A stretch of 64,000 nt of DNA. Origin: a virus. Its lineage: Duplodnaviria; Caudoviricetes. Both the position numbers and the translations under genes were made by a program. The stretch's first letter is position 1. Each line of letters begins with the position of its first letter. Shown piece after piece: positions 1-8,358 of this stretch. The notes under the pieces are model-generated. The model made no database searches and was not told the origin of the DNA. It saw only the letters and a program-made list of their open reading frames with translations. The stretch spans positions 229,851-293,850 of IMG/VR virus record IMGVR_UViG_3300027804_000038. One strand, written 5' to 3'.

Positions 1-1
1 T

Positions 2-883
<882 letters not shown>

Positions 884-889
884 TTAATT

Positions 890-917
890 AAAAACCCATC
901 TTCGGATGGGTTTTTTA
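890..917 (+). terminator. Intrinsic terminator
   Basis: AACCCATC-TTCG-GATGGGTT followed by a T run. Confidence 0.85.
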
Positions 918-940
918 TTTATATTTGTAAAAAAAATAAA

Positions 941-1510
941 ATGAAGGTAATATTTTTAGACCACGATGGGGTTATTTGCTTATCAAATAACTGGGGGTCA
1001 CGATTTAAGAAACAAAAGAAATATAGAAAAAAATTGAGTCAATCAGTAATGACAATGCCTCTTGATGCTCGTTTTGATAACTTTGATAAGAAAGCGATTA
1101 AGGTGTTAAATCAAATCTTGGAACAGACTGGTGCTGAAATCGTTGTTTCTTCCGATTGGAGGATTTGGTGTTCAGTTGAGGAAATGGGTGATTATTACGA
1201 AAGTCATGGAATTATCAAACGTCCAATTGATTTTACAGGTAATGTTATTGATGAATCAAAAGTTACATGGCACCGAAATTGGGATTTGGAAGGAACAAGG
1301 AGTTTGGAAATCCAAGGTTGGTTAAAAGAACACCCTGAGGTAACACAATGGGTAGCTATTGATGATTTGAATATGGGTAAAAAAGGTCTACACTACTCAA
1401 CGGAATTTGAACACGAATGGGGGTTAGATAATTTTGTACATACTCCTCTTAGAAATGAAGGTATAAAACAAGTTGGTATTAAAGAAAAAATTTTATCATT
1501 TTTAAAATAA
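941..1510 (+). CDS. HAD-family phosphatase (HAD_SAK_2 / RNA-repair type)
   Basis: IFLDHDGV, IVVSSDWR, WVAIDD motifs. Confidence 0.8.
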   Translation: MKVIFLDHDGVICLSNNWGSRFKKQKKYRKKLSQSVMTMPLDARFDNFDKKAIKVLNQILEQTGAEIVVSSDWRIWCSVEEMGDYYESHGIIKRPIDFTGNVIDESKVTWHRNWDLEGTRSLEIQGWLKEHPEVTQWVAIDDLNMGKKGLHYSTEFEHEWGLDNFVHTPLRNEGIKQVGIKEKILSFLK

Positions 1511-1523
1511 AAACTTAAAAATA

Positions 1524-1554
1524 TTGACAAATAAATAAAATTTTAATACTTTTG
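1524..1554 (+). promoter_or_regulatory. Promoter of the tRNA operon leader (TTGACA plus Bacteroidota-type TAnnTTTG)
   Basis: TTGACA 1524-1529, TACTTTTG 1547-1554. Confidence 0.6.
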
Positions 1555-1583
1555 TTAAACAGTTATATATTTAATTAAAAACA

Positions 1584-1697
1584 ATGAAACAGAACTCGAT
1601 ACATAACATAAGTAATCTCCCGATGAATGTGGGCCAAGCTTGGTTTGCGATTAAAGGGCAAGATTGCCGTTGTTTAAGGGTTCTTAATGAGATGTAA
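1584..1697 (+). CDS. 37-aa leader peptide (uORF) ahead of the tRNA operon
   Basis: ATG 1584 to TAA 1697, MKQNSIHNISNLPMNVGQAWFAIKGQDCRCLRVLNEM; lies between a promoter and a terminator. Confidence 0.55.
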   Translation: MKQNSIHNISNLPMNVGQAWFAIKGQDCRCLRVLNEM

Positions 1698-1720
1698 GCG
1701 TATCATCAAATATATAAAAA

Positions 1721-1759
1721 AAGAACCCTGAACAATTAAAAAGTTCGGGGTTTTTTTTT
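1721..1759 (+). terminator. Intrinsic terminator / attenuator
   Basis: AAGAACCCTGAAC-loop-GTTCGGGGTTTTT plus T9. Confidence 0.8.
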
Positions 1760-1797
1760 GATGTTACAAAACAGTTCTTTGACATATTGGTGAATTT

Positions 1798-1839
1798 CGG
1801 GATGTAGCTCAGTTGGCTTAGAGTACGTGCTTTGGGAGC
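1798..1839 (+). pseudogene. 5' part of an interrupted tRNA-Pro(TGG)
   Basis: CGGGATG-TA-D arm-CGTGC TTTGGGA GC, then the sequence breaks off. Confidence 0.85.
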
Positions 1840-1880
1840 TCAAAACATGTTTTTTCGACTTTCATGATATTTATTATTAA

Positions 1881-2438
1881 ATGAATATTATGGAAATAAC
1901 TAAATATGTTTTGATAGAAGTTGTAAACACTTCTAAAAGTAAATCAGAAATACTTAAAAAGCTTGAATTGAGTGATAATGGTAGAAATAGAAATCATTTA
2001 AATAAATTAATTTCTGAATTTGGTGTTAGTTTAGATATTTTGAAAAAAAATAAAAGAATTAATACTAAATTTATTGAAAAAGAATGCCCTGTTTGTGGTA
2101 AAATCTTTGAAACTAAAAAAACAGATAGAGAAAAAACAACTTGTTCTTATAGTTGTTCGAACAGTTATTTTAGAAGCGGAGAAAATAATCCAAATTGGAA
2201 AGATGATAGTTACAGAACAACATGTTTTTTATATCATGAGAAGAAATGCGTAGTGTGTGGTGAAGATAAAATAATTGACGTTCATCATTATGATGAAAAC
2301 AAAAAAAATAATAACAAAGAAAATTTAATTCCTCTTTGCCCAACTCATCACATGTATTGGCACTCAAGATATAAAAATTTAATTGAAAAAACTGTTAACA
2401 ACTATAGAGATGATTTCATTAAACGAGTAATGGGCTAA
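1881..2438 (+). CDS. HNH (homing) endonuclease with Zn-finger
   Basis: CPVC..CSYSC, CVVC, DVHH..N..N..NLIPLCPTHH. Confidence 0.85.
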   Translation: MNIMEITKYVLIEVVNTSKSKSEILKKLELSDNGRNRNHLNKLISEFGVSLDILKKNKRINTKFIEKECPVCGKIFETKKTDREKTTCSYSCSNSYFRSGENNPNWKDDSYRTTCFLYHEKKCVVCGEDKIIDVHHYDENKKNNNKENLIPLCPTHHMYWHSRYKNLIEKTVNNYRDDFIKRVMG

Positions 2439-2498
2439 TTGGTAAGCCGCCATATTTGGGATATGGACATCATGTGGGTTCGAGTCCCACTTATTCGA
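2424..2498 (+). tRNA. tRNA-Pro(TGG), complete divergent copy overlapping the HNH stop codon
   Basis: CGAGTAA/TTATTCG acceptor, CCATA-TTTGGGA-TATGG, GTGGG-TTCGAGT-CCCAC. Confidence 0.85.
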
Positions 2499-2501
2499 CA
2501 C

Positions 2502-2526
2502 GCAGGTTCGAGTCCTGTCATCCCGA
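2502..2526 (+). pseudogene. 3' part (T arm and acceptor strand) of the interrupted tRNA-Pro
   Basis: GCAGG-TTCGAGT-CCTGT-CATCCCG-A; CATCCCG pairs with CGGGATG at 1798. Confidence 0.85.
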
Positions 2527-2574
2527 CGATTAAAATTATTTTACATTTTAATCAAAATTGAATATATTTGTACT

Positions 2575-2991
2575 ATGAAACATAGTATGGAAAATGGCGA
2601 TAAGTCTAGAAATGGGAATCAATTAGAGTCCTATTTCATGGAAAAAACTGGATTAAAAAAAATTCAGAAGAAAGAAAAGCCTTTTTTTACTAATAGCCAT
2701 GGTAAAAAACAAATTATTGATTTTGATTTTTATGTTAAAATTAATGATGACGATGTTTACATTGATTTAACAACAACTTATAGAAGTGATAGGTTAAAAC
2801 AAAAAGCATATAATGCTTTAATGTATAAATCAAAGATTAACAAACCTTGTAAATTTTATATGGGTGTTGGTAAATTAGTTGAACATGGAAAGAAAAAAAA
2901 TCCTGTGTTAATTGAAGGTATTGATGGAGTATTAACAGTTGAGGATTTAGTACAAATGATTTCTAAAAGGTCAGATACTCAAGTGGTTTAA
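2575..2991 (+). CDS. Putative PD-(D/E)XK-like nuclease; 3' end overlaps tRNA-Cys
   Basis: IDFDFYV...YIDLTTT pattern; family assignment is tentative. Confidence 0.4.
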   Translation: MKHSMENGDKSRNGNQLESYFMEKTGLKKIQKKEKPFFTNSHGKKQIIDFDFYVKINDDDVYIDLTTTYRSDRLKQKAYNALMYKSKINKPCKFYMGVGKLVEHGKKKNPVLIEGIDGVLTVEDLVQMISKRSDTQVV

Positions 2992-3042
2992 GGGGCCTGT
3001 CTGCAAAATAGGTATTCGTCGGTTCGAATCCGACTCTGACCT
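2969..3042 (+). tRNA. tRNA-Cys(GCA)
   Basis: GGTCAGA/TCTGACC, CCTGT-CTGCAAA-ATAGG, U73. Confidence 0.9.
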
Positions 3043-3118
3043 CAAAAAAAAAATAAAAAATTTCTTTGAAATTAAAAAAATAGACGTATCTTTGTACTCA
3101 CAAATAAACAATAAAAAT

Positions 3119-3868
3119 ATGATTACACTCCAAGAACTCCAATCAGTAGTACCTTCAGTATTCAACACTCAAAAAGCTCAGAAGCTTTCTGACAAGTACA
3201 CAGTTGTTCCAACCATTGACGTAGTAAATCAATTTATGCAAGCAGGGTGGGAAGTGTCAAGTGCAAAACAAGTAGGGTCAGGTGTATACGGCAAACACTC
3301 AGTTCGTCTCCGTAACTCTGAACTCCCAAAGGTAGGTGATTCTCTACTTGAGGCTATCATCACTAACTCTCACGATGGTCGTACCAAACTCCAAGTAGGA
3401 GCAGGGTTGTACCGATTGGTGTGTTCTAATGGTCTTGTAGTACCAATGCAAGAAATGGTTAACATTAACCAGCGTCACATGAACATTCAGATGGATGAAG
3501 TGAATCAAATCACAGAGAAGTTCATTCAGATATCACCAATCATTGAACGTTCAGTTAATAAAATGATTGACGTTAAAATGGATACTGAAAAGAAAATTGA
3601 TTTTGTAACCAAGGCGGTTGGAATTCGTTGGAAAAATACCGAAGACATCTCAAGTATGACTCTTGAGACGATTATCGAACCTCTTCGTGGTGATGATAAC
3701 AACGATACACTTTGGCATACTTTCAATGTAGTACAGGAGAAGTTGATTAGAGGTGGATTTGTAAAATCACAAGGTAAAAATGTGAGAACAGTCAAAGGGA
3801 TTACTTCCCTAAATATGGACACAATGATTAATACAAAATTGTGGGAATTGGCTGAAACATACATTTAA
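3119..3868 (+). CDS. DUF932/DUF945-family phage protein
   Basis: IITNSHDGRT, GLYRLVCSNGLV, LWHTFNVVQE motifs. Confidence 0.85.
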   Translation: MITLQELQSVVPSVFNTQKAQKLSDKYTVVPTIDVVNQFMQAGWEVSSAKQVGSGVYGKHSVRLRNSELPKVGDSLLEAIITNSHDGRTKLQVGAGLYRLVCSNGLVVPMQEMVNINQRHMNIQMDEVNQITEKFIQISPIIERSVNKMIDVKMDTEKKIDFVTKAVGIRWKNTEDISSMTLETIIEPLRGDDNNDTLWHTFNVVQEKLIRGGFVKSQGKNVRTVKGITSLNMDTMINTKLWELAETYI

Positions 3869-3921
3869 TCTTTATGATTGATGTTTACAAATGGTACCTC
3901 AAAAAGGTACCATTTTTATTT

Positions 3922-3993
3922 GGTGATGTAGCTCAGAGGTGGAGCATCTGACTGTTAATCAGAGGGTCGGGATTTCGAAATTCCCCATCACCG
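3922..3993 (+). tRNA. tRNA-Asn(GTT)
   Basis: Cloverleaf, TCTGA-CTGTTAA-TCAGA. Confidence 0.9.
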
Positions 3994-4004
3994 CAAAATT
4001 TAAT

Positions 4005-4080
4005 GACTTCGTAGCTCAGCTGGTTTTAGAGCATCGCACTTTTAATGCGAGGGTCATGGGTTCGAGTCCCATCGGGGTCA
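4005..4080 (+). tRNA. tRNA-Lys(TTT)
   Basis: Cloverleaf, TCGCA-CTTTTAA-TGCGA. Confidence 0.92.
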
Positions 4081-4090
4081 CTTTTTATAC

Positions 4091-4174
4091 ACGTCAGTGG
4101 CTGAACGGCTTAGGCAACGGTCTCCAAAACCGTGAACATTATGTTCTACGTAGGTTCGAATCCTACCTGGCGTG
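4091..4174 (+). tRNA. tRNA with CCA (Trp) anticodon and a long variable arm
   Basis: ACGGT-CTCCAAA-ACCGT, V-arm GAACA-TTA-TGTTC, G73. Confidence 0.75.
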
Positions 4175-4181
4175 CTAATAT

Positions 4182-4256
4182 TCTCAGATAGCTCAGTTGG
4201 TTTAGAGCACTTGTCTGATACACAAGAGGTCGTGGGTTCGAGTCCCACTCTGAGAA
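4182..4256 (+). tRNA. tRNA-Ile(GAT)
   Basis: CTTGT-CTGATAC-ACAAG. Confidence 0.92.
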
Positions 4257-4265
4257 CTTAAAAAT

Positions 4266-4340
4266 GGGGGCGCATGTACCAAGGCTTGGCGAGAAACACT
4301 TGCAATGTTTCTGTGGAGGTTTCGATTATCTCCGTCTCCA
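4266..4340 (+). tRNA. tRNA-Ala(TGC), atypical D arm
   Basis: G3-U70, AAACA-CTTGCAA-TGTTT. Confidence 0.8.
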
Positions 4341-4348
4341 CTAAATTC

Positions 4349-4421
4349 GCTCCAGTAACTCAGTGGTGAGAGTGTCACTCTTATAAGGTGAAAGTCGTCA
4401 GTTCAATTCTGACCTGGAGTA
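4349..4421 (+). tRNA. tRNA-Ile(TAT)
   Basis: TCACT-CTTATAA-GGTGA. Confidence 0.85.
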
Positions 4422-4427
4422 CTATAT

Positions 4428-4501
4428 GGCCCCTTAGCTCAGTGGTAGAGAGCGATTGTATTACAAACAATAGGTCGTGTGTTCGATTCACACAGGGGCT
4501 A
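4428..4501 (+). tRNA. tRNA-Val(TAC)
   Basis: ATTGT-ATTACAA-ACAAT. Confidence 0.85.
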
Positions 4502-4507
4502 CTCTAA

Positions 4508-4579
4508 CCCGATGTAATTCAGTGGTAGAATACTTGATTCATATCCAAGCAGTCGGTGGTTCAATTCCACCCATCGGGA
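4508..4579 (+). tRNA. tRNA-CAT (elongator Met or Ile2)
   Basis: CCCGATG/CATCGGG, loop TTCATAT. Confidence 0.8.
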
Positions 4580-4634
4580 CAAAAAATATTTGGTGATACA
4601 ATAATCTAATTGTATATTTGTACTTAAATTATAT

Positions 4635-4710
4635 GGGGTGATAGCGCAGGTGGTCAGTTCGCGTCGGTCTGAAAAACCGAAGATGTGTGGTTCAACTCCC
4701 ACTCACCCCA
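4635..4710 (+). tRNA. tRNA-Phe(GAA)
   Basis: TCGGT-CTGAAAA-ACCGA. Confidence 0.9.
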
Positions 4711-4867
4711 CGAGGTCCTGAATTAACAGGACAACCCCCACCTCCGATATGGCAGTCGGTCCGTTAATCCGATGAAGATGGGGTTTTTGAAAAGTGTCTC
4801 GGTAAGCTCTGACGAAAGTCAACTACGAGGTCTCGGTGGACAGAAGGCCTCTGATTCCACCCAAAAT

Positions 4868-4939
4868 GCGGGTATAGTATAATGGTTATTATGATAGCCT
4901 TCCAAGCCTTAGATGTCAGTTCGATTCTGACTACCCGCT
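4868..4939 (+). tRNA. tRNA-Gly(TCC)
   Basis: GCGGGTA/TACCCGC, loop CTTCCAA, U73. Confidence 0.88.
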
Positions 4940-4946
4940 CTTTTTT

Positions 4947-5023
4947 GGGACATTAGTAGAGTTGGTCACAATGCCACCCTGTCACGGTGGAGGTCACGGG
5001 TTCGAATCCCGTATGTCCCGCCA
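4947..5023 (+). tRNA. tRNA-Asp(GTC), CCA encoded
   Basis: CCACC-CTGTCAC-GGTGG. Confidence 0.92.
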
Positions 5024-5082
5024 AAAGAGGAACGACTCAGTGTAGGAGCCTCAGGGGACTGCAGCCCCACTACACTCTATAT

Positions 5083-5153
5083 TGTCCTGTAGTGAAATGG
5101 CATCACTCGACTTTTTGGCAGTCGCATTTCTGGTTCGAGTCCAGACGGGATAA
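5083..5153 (+). tRNA. tRNA-Gln(TTG)
   Basis: CGACT-TTTTGGC-AGTCG, U1-A72. Confidence 0.85.
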
Positions 5154-5169
5154 CTAAAAAATTAAAACT

Positions 5170-5565
5170 ATGTTAAAAGAAAGAATCAATGCCGACTTTA
5201 TGTCCGCATTTAAAAACAAGGAAACTGAAAAGAAAAACTTTTTGGGTGTGGTTAAGGGTGAGATTCAGAATGAGGAAGGTCGCTCTGGTGTTGCTAACGA
5301 TGATGTGGTTGTTGCGATTTTGAGAAAGATGGAAAAATCTTTAACTCAAACTGGAACACCTGAAGCATTAAAGGAATTGGAATATATCAAACCATATCTT
5401 CCATCTCAAATGGGTTCAGATAAAATCCGTGAAATTATCTCAAACTATAAAACCAATGGTCTAACCAATGTCGGTCAGATTATGGGTGAGTTCAACAAGA
5501 ACTTCAAAGGTCAAGCAGATAACAAAATCGTATCAGAAATCGCAAAAGAAGTTTTGGCAGGTTAA
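5170..5565 (+). CDS. YqeY/GatB-domain protein
   Basis: MLKERINADFMSAFK..., IKPYLPSQM, GQIMGEFNKNFKGQAD. Confidence 0.8.
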   Translation: MLKERINADFMSAFKNKETEKKNFLGVVKGEIQNEEGRSGVANDDVVVAILRKMEKSLTQTGTPEALKELEYIKPYLPSQMGSDKIREIISNYKTNGLTNVGQIMGEFNKNFKGQADNKIVSEIAKEVLAG

Positions 5566-5588
5566 AAAATCTGCCATACTTTTGTATT

Positions 5589-6011
5589 ATGGAAAAAGAA
5601 TTTGTCACATATGAGATTGGTTTAGAACTCAAGAATCTTGGGTTTAACGAACGTTGTTATGGATGTTTCAGTCATTTGGACAACAAGGAGTTATGGACAA
5701 GTAGGGTATACACCAACGGAGTATCTGAAAATATTGCGGCACCAATCTTCTCACAGGTATTCGGATGGTTTGAAGATAATTATTCATATTTTGTGGATAT
5801 TAGAACTGACACCACACCAAATGAGATTTTGGGATTTGACTATACGATTAAGAGTTGGAAGTTTCCACCAATGTATTTTGATTTCTTCAATGATAAGAGA
5901 GAAGGAAACATTGAGGTCATCAAGAAGATGATTAAAATGGCGAATAAAGAAAAACAAAAGGAGGCTCTTATTGATTTAATTAATTTGGATAATGACGATA
6001 AAGATAAATAA
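5589..6011 (+). CDS. Hypothetical phage protein
   Basis: 140-aa ORF after a TAnnTTTG promoter. Confidence 0.6.
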   Translation: MEKEFVTYEIGLELKNLGFNERCYGCFSHLDNKELWTSRVYTNGVSENIAAPIFSQVFGWFEDNYSYFVDIRTDTTPNEILGFDYTIKSWKFPPMYFDFFNDKREGNIEVIKKMIKMANKEKQKEALIDLINLDNDDKDK

Positions 6012-6012
6012 T

Positions 6013-6315
6013 ATGACACAGAAACAACAAGACGCAATTGATAATATAATGGACAACTTCAAGTTTGAACAAGTCCGAAAAGTAATGGAACTATTGGATT
6101 GGGAATGGGCGGGAACTGAAGAAGGTGTTCCAACCATTCCTGAATTGAGACGAGAAGCAAGACGACTATTAAAAATGTCGTTTGAAGAAAAAACAAACGT
6201 ATCAACAGGTGGATTCCACGTAATGTACGAATCAAATGATGACGGAGAGTTTATTCAATTGATGTTTGCGGTTGAAGAATGGTATGAAGAAATAGAAGAA
6301 TATTTGGAAGAATAA
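6013..6315 (+). CDS. Hypothetical phage protein
   Basis: Acidic ORF in tandem with the previous gene. Confidence 0.6.
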   Translation: MTQKQQDAIDNIMDNFKFEQVRKVMELLDWEWAGTEEGVPTIPELRREARRLLKMSFEEKTNVSTGGFHVMYESNDDGEFIQLMFAVEEWYEEIEEYLEE

Positions 6316-6730
6316 GAAAGTTGTTATATCTTTGTTGAAGTTCTTTGAAATTAGGAAATTAAAGTGTTTAACGGCAGATTTTGATATAAGTGTTAGAGAG
6401 GATAAAAATCTATGAAACTTATAAGACAATTAGGAAGAGTTATCTTTACGTTGGGAGCTAAAAGTGGAGATAATAAAGTATCTATAACCGTTAAACCTTT
6501 TAAAATATTGATAGTGGTTTTCCCCACTCAACGGATGTCGACAATCTAGATTGGAATCGGAATTCATCACCATCAGCCGAGGCCTCGTAAAACTACGATT
6601 AAGCTGTTAAGATTGGGACGAGACGGGTATCCCAACACTGTCAACAATATTGTGTTGTTCCCTTGAGAAAGGAAGATTGCGGAGATGAACAGTAAGCTCA
6701 CAACACAGAGGACTTCTCATCCTCAAACAT

Positions 6731-6828
6731 AGTCAGGTGGCGGAATTGGCGCCAAAGTTAAGGTGTGTTAAGGCGTGACCCGTTGAGGACCATCCAATGA
6801 CTTACAGGTTCGAATCCTGTCCTGACTT
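6731..6828 (+). ncRNA. tRNA-Leu-scaffold mimic with no canonical anticodon arm
   Basis: AGTCAGG/CCTGACT, TGGCGGAATTGG, ACAGG-TTCGAAT-CCTGT. Confidence 0.6.
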
Positions 6829-6843
6829 CTAAATTTAAAAGAT

Positions 6844-7068
6844 ATGAATAGAACACTTGAAGAAATTGTGAAAACACCAGAATTAACTGACGGTACTGAA
6901 GTCACATTCAGAGTTGTAAATGAAACTTTCAATGGTAAAATTGTAGGTAAATCATCCGATGGATTGATGCCGTATTACATCGTTGAATGTACTGATGGGT
7001 CATTTCCAAATGAAATGTATAAGTATAAATTCTTATCTTTACCACTTAGTGAAATATTTGTTAAGTGA
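6844..7068 (+). CDS. Hypothetical protein
   Basis: 74-aa ORF between two tRNA-like elements. Confidence 0.6.
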   Translation: MNRTLEEIVKTPELTDGTEVTFRVVNETFNGKIVGKSSDGLMPYYIVECTDGSFPNEMYKYKFLSLPLSEIFVK

Positions 7069-7076
7069 TAAAAAAT

Positions 7077-7157
7077 AGTCAGGTGGCGGAAATAGTATCT
7101 CTATAATATACTTGATGAGGTATGAGGTTGACTCAGTATTAGTTCCTATCCTGACTA
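7077..7157 (+). ncRNA. Degenerate paralog of the 6731 tRNA-like element
   Basis: Same AGTCAGGTGGCGGAA 5' end and CCTGACT 3' strand; T loop degenerate. Confidence 0.5.
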
Positions 7158-7482
7158 CAATGAGTAAGAGGTACTCAGAGTCTTCGAATCAAGACTTAAA
7201 GAATGATTCCGCAGAATGTCTACGGCGTGAGTGGGACATCGTGGGATAAAGGGATAGACACATTCCCTCCCAGTAGTGTTGGATGTTTTTAACGGGGATG
7301 CCCAGCAGGTTTTTAAGAAATAGAAAACCGATATGACTACTCATTTGTAATCTCAGGATGGGGAAAGCAAGGGCTCCCTTAATAGCTGTGGCTGACCACG
7401 GGCGTTGCTTGTTCCGTTATATAGGGGGCGAAGACGGAACTTTTTAGTAATTATTTATAGGTATTTATAAATAAAATAGAAT

Positions 7483-7941
7483 ATGAAAATTACTAAAATT
7501 GGAAAAAAAGGTTTGGAATTAATTAAATCTTTTGAAGGTTTAAAATTAAAACCTTATTTGTGTGATGCGGGAGTGCCAACAATTGGTTTTGGAAATACTT
7601 TTTATGAAAATGGTAAAAAGGTCACATTAAATGACCAAGTGATTACTGAACAAAGAGCAGTTGAATTACTTGAATATTCATTATTAAAGTTTGAACAATA
7701 TGTTGATTCATATTGTCGTGATGATATAAACCAAAATCAATTCGATGCATTAGTTAGTTTTTGTTATAATTTAGGACCTGTTAATTTAAAAAATAGTACT
7801 TTATTGAAAAAAGTTAATAAAAACCCTAATGATATAACAATTAGAAATGAGTTTATGAAGTGGAATAAAGCAGGCGGAAGAGCTTTGAAAGGATTAACTA
7901 AAAGAAGAACCGCTGAAGCTGATTTATACTTCAGTAAATAG
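7483..7941 (+). CDS. Phage lysozyme (GH24 endolysin)
   Basis: SFEGLKLKPYLCDAGVPTIGFG, QFDALVSFCYNLG, GLTKRRTAE. Confidence 0.92.
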   Translation: MKITKIGKKGLELIKSFEGLKLKPYLCDAGVPTIGFGNTFYENGKKVTLNDQVITEQRAVELLEYSLLKFEQYVDSYCRDDINQNQFDALVSFCYNLGPVNLKNSTLLKKVNKNPNDITIRNEFMKWNKAGGRALKGLTKRRTAEADLYFSK

Positions 7942-8025
7942 AGGTGGTCCGAATGGACGAGGAGCTTGTCTTGAAAACAAGTAGGTCGGTAACACGATTT
8001 GGGGGTTCGATTCCCTTCGCCTCTG
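7940..8025 (+). tRNA. tRNA-Ser(TGA)
   Basis: CTTGT-CTTGAAA-ACAAG, long V arm, G73. Confidence 0.88.
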
Positions 8026-8037
8026 CTAAAATTAAAT

Positions 8038-8114
8038 ACCCCTTTGGCGGAACGGTAGACGCGCATCACTTAGGATGATGTCTTAGGGTGAGAGTTCGAG
8101 TCTCTCAGGGGGTA
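8038..8114 (+). tRNA. tRNA-Leu(TAG), short variable region
   Basis: TGGCGGAACGGTAGACGC, CATCA-CTTAGGA-TGATG. Confidence 0.85.
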
Positions 8115-8171
8115 CAAACTTCAATAGGAGTACCTGTTCTAGGGATGTCGCAATCCCCCTATTGATTAAAA

Positions 8172-8257
8172 ACCACTGTTGTAAGTTACGTTGGAACGGA
8201 CGAACAGGAGGGTGACCGATACGTAAGGTCTTTGGGGTTCAAATCCCACCAGTGGTC
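8172..8257 (+). ncRNA. tRNA-like element (acceptor stem and T arm only)
   Basis: ACCACTG/CAGTGGT, TGGG-GTTCAAAT-CCCA; centre non-canonical. Confidence 0.5.
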
Positions 8258-8358
8258 AAAACACATAAACTCAAGTACCCATACCGATGACTGTGGGATA
8301 AGTAAGATACAATTTCGTACTGCGGGAAGTAGAATGCTTGAGAGTGTGTTTATTATAT

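Noticed and set aside
1840-2501. Group I intron in tRNA-Pro
   Set aside because: Break is not at the usual anticodon-loop site, about 7 tRNA nucleotides are missing, the insert contains a whole tRNA, and no intron core was recognised
3939-4702. ORFs 3939-4178 and 4499-4702
   Set aside because: Shadows of tRNA genes
4795-4840. Hammerhead ribozyme (CTGACGA)
   Set aside because: No stem II followed by GAAA; the sequence is a GAC-GAAA-GTC tetraloop hairpin
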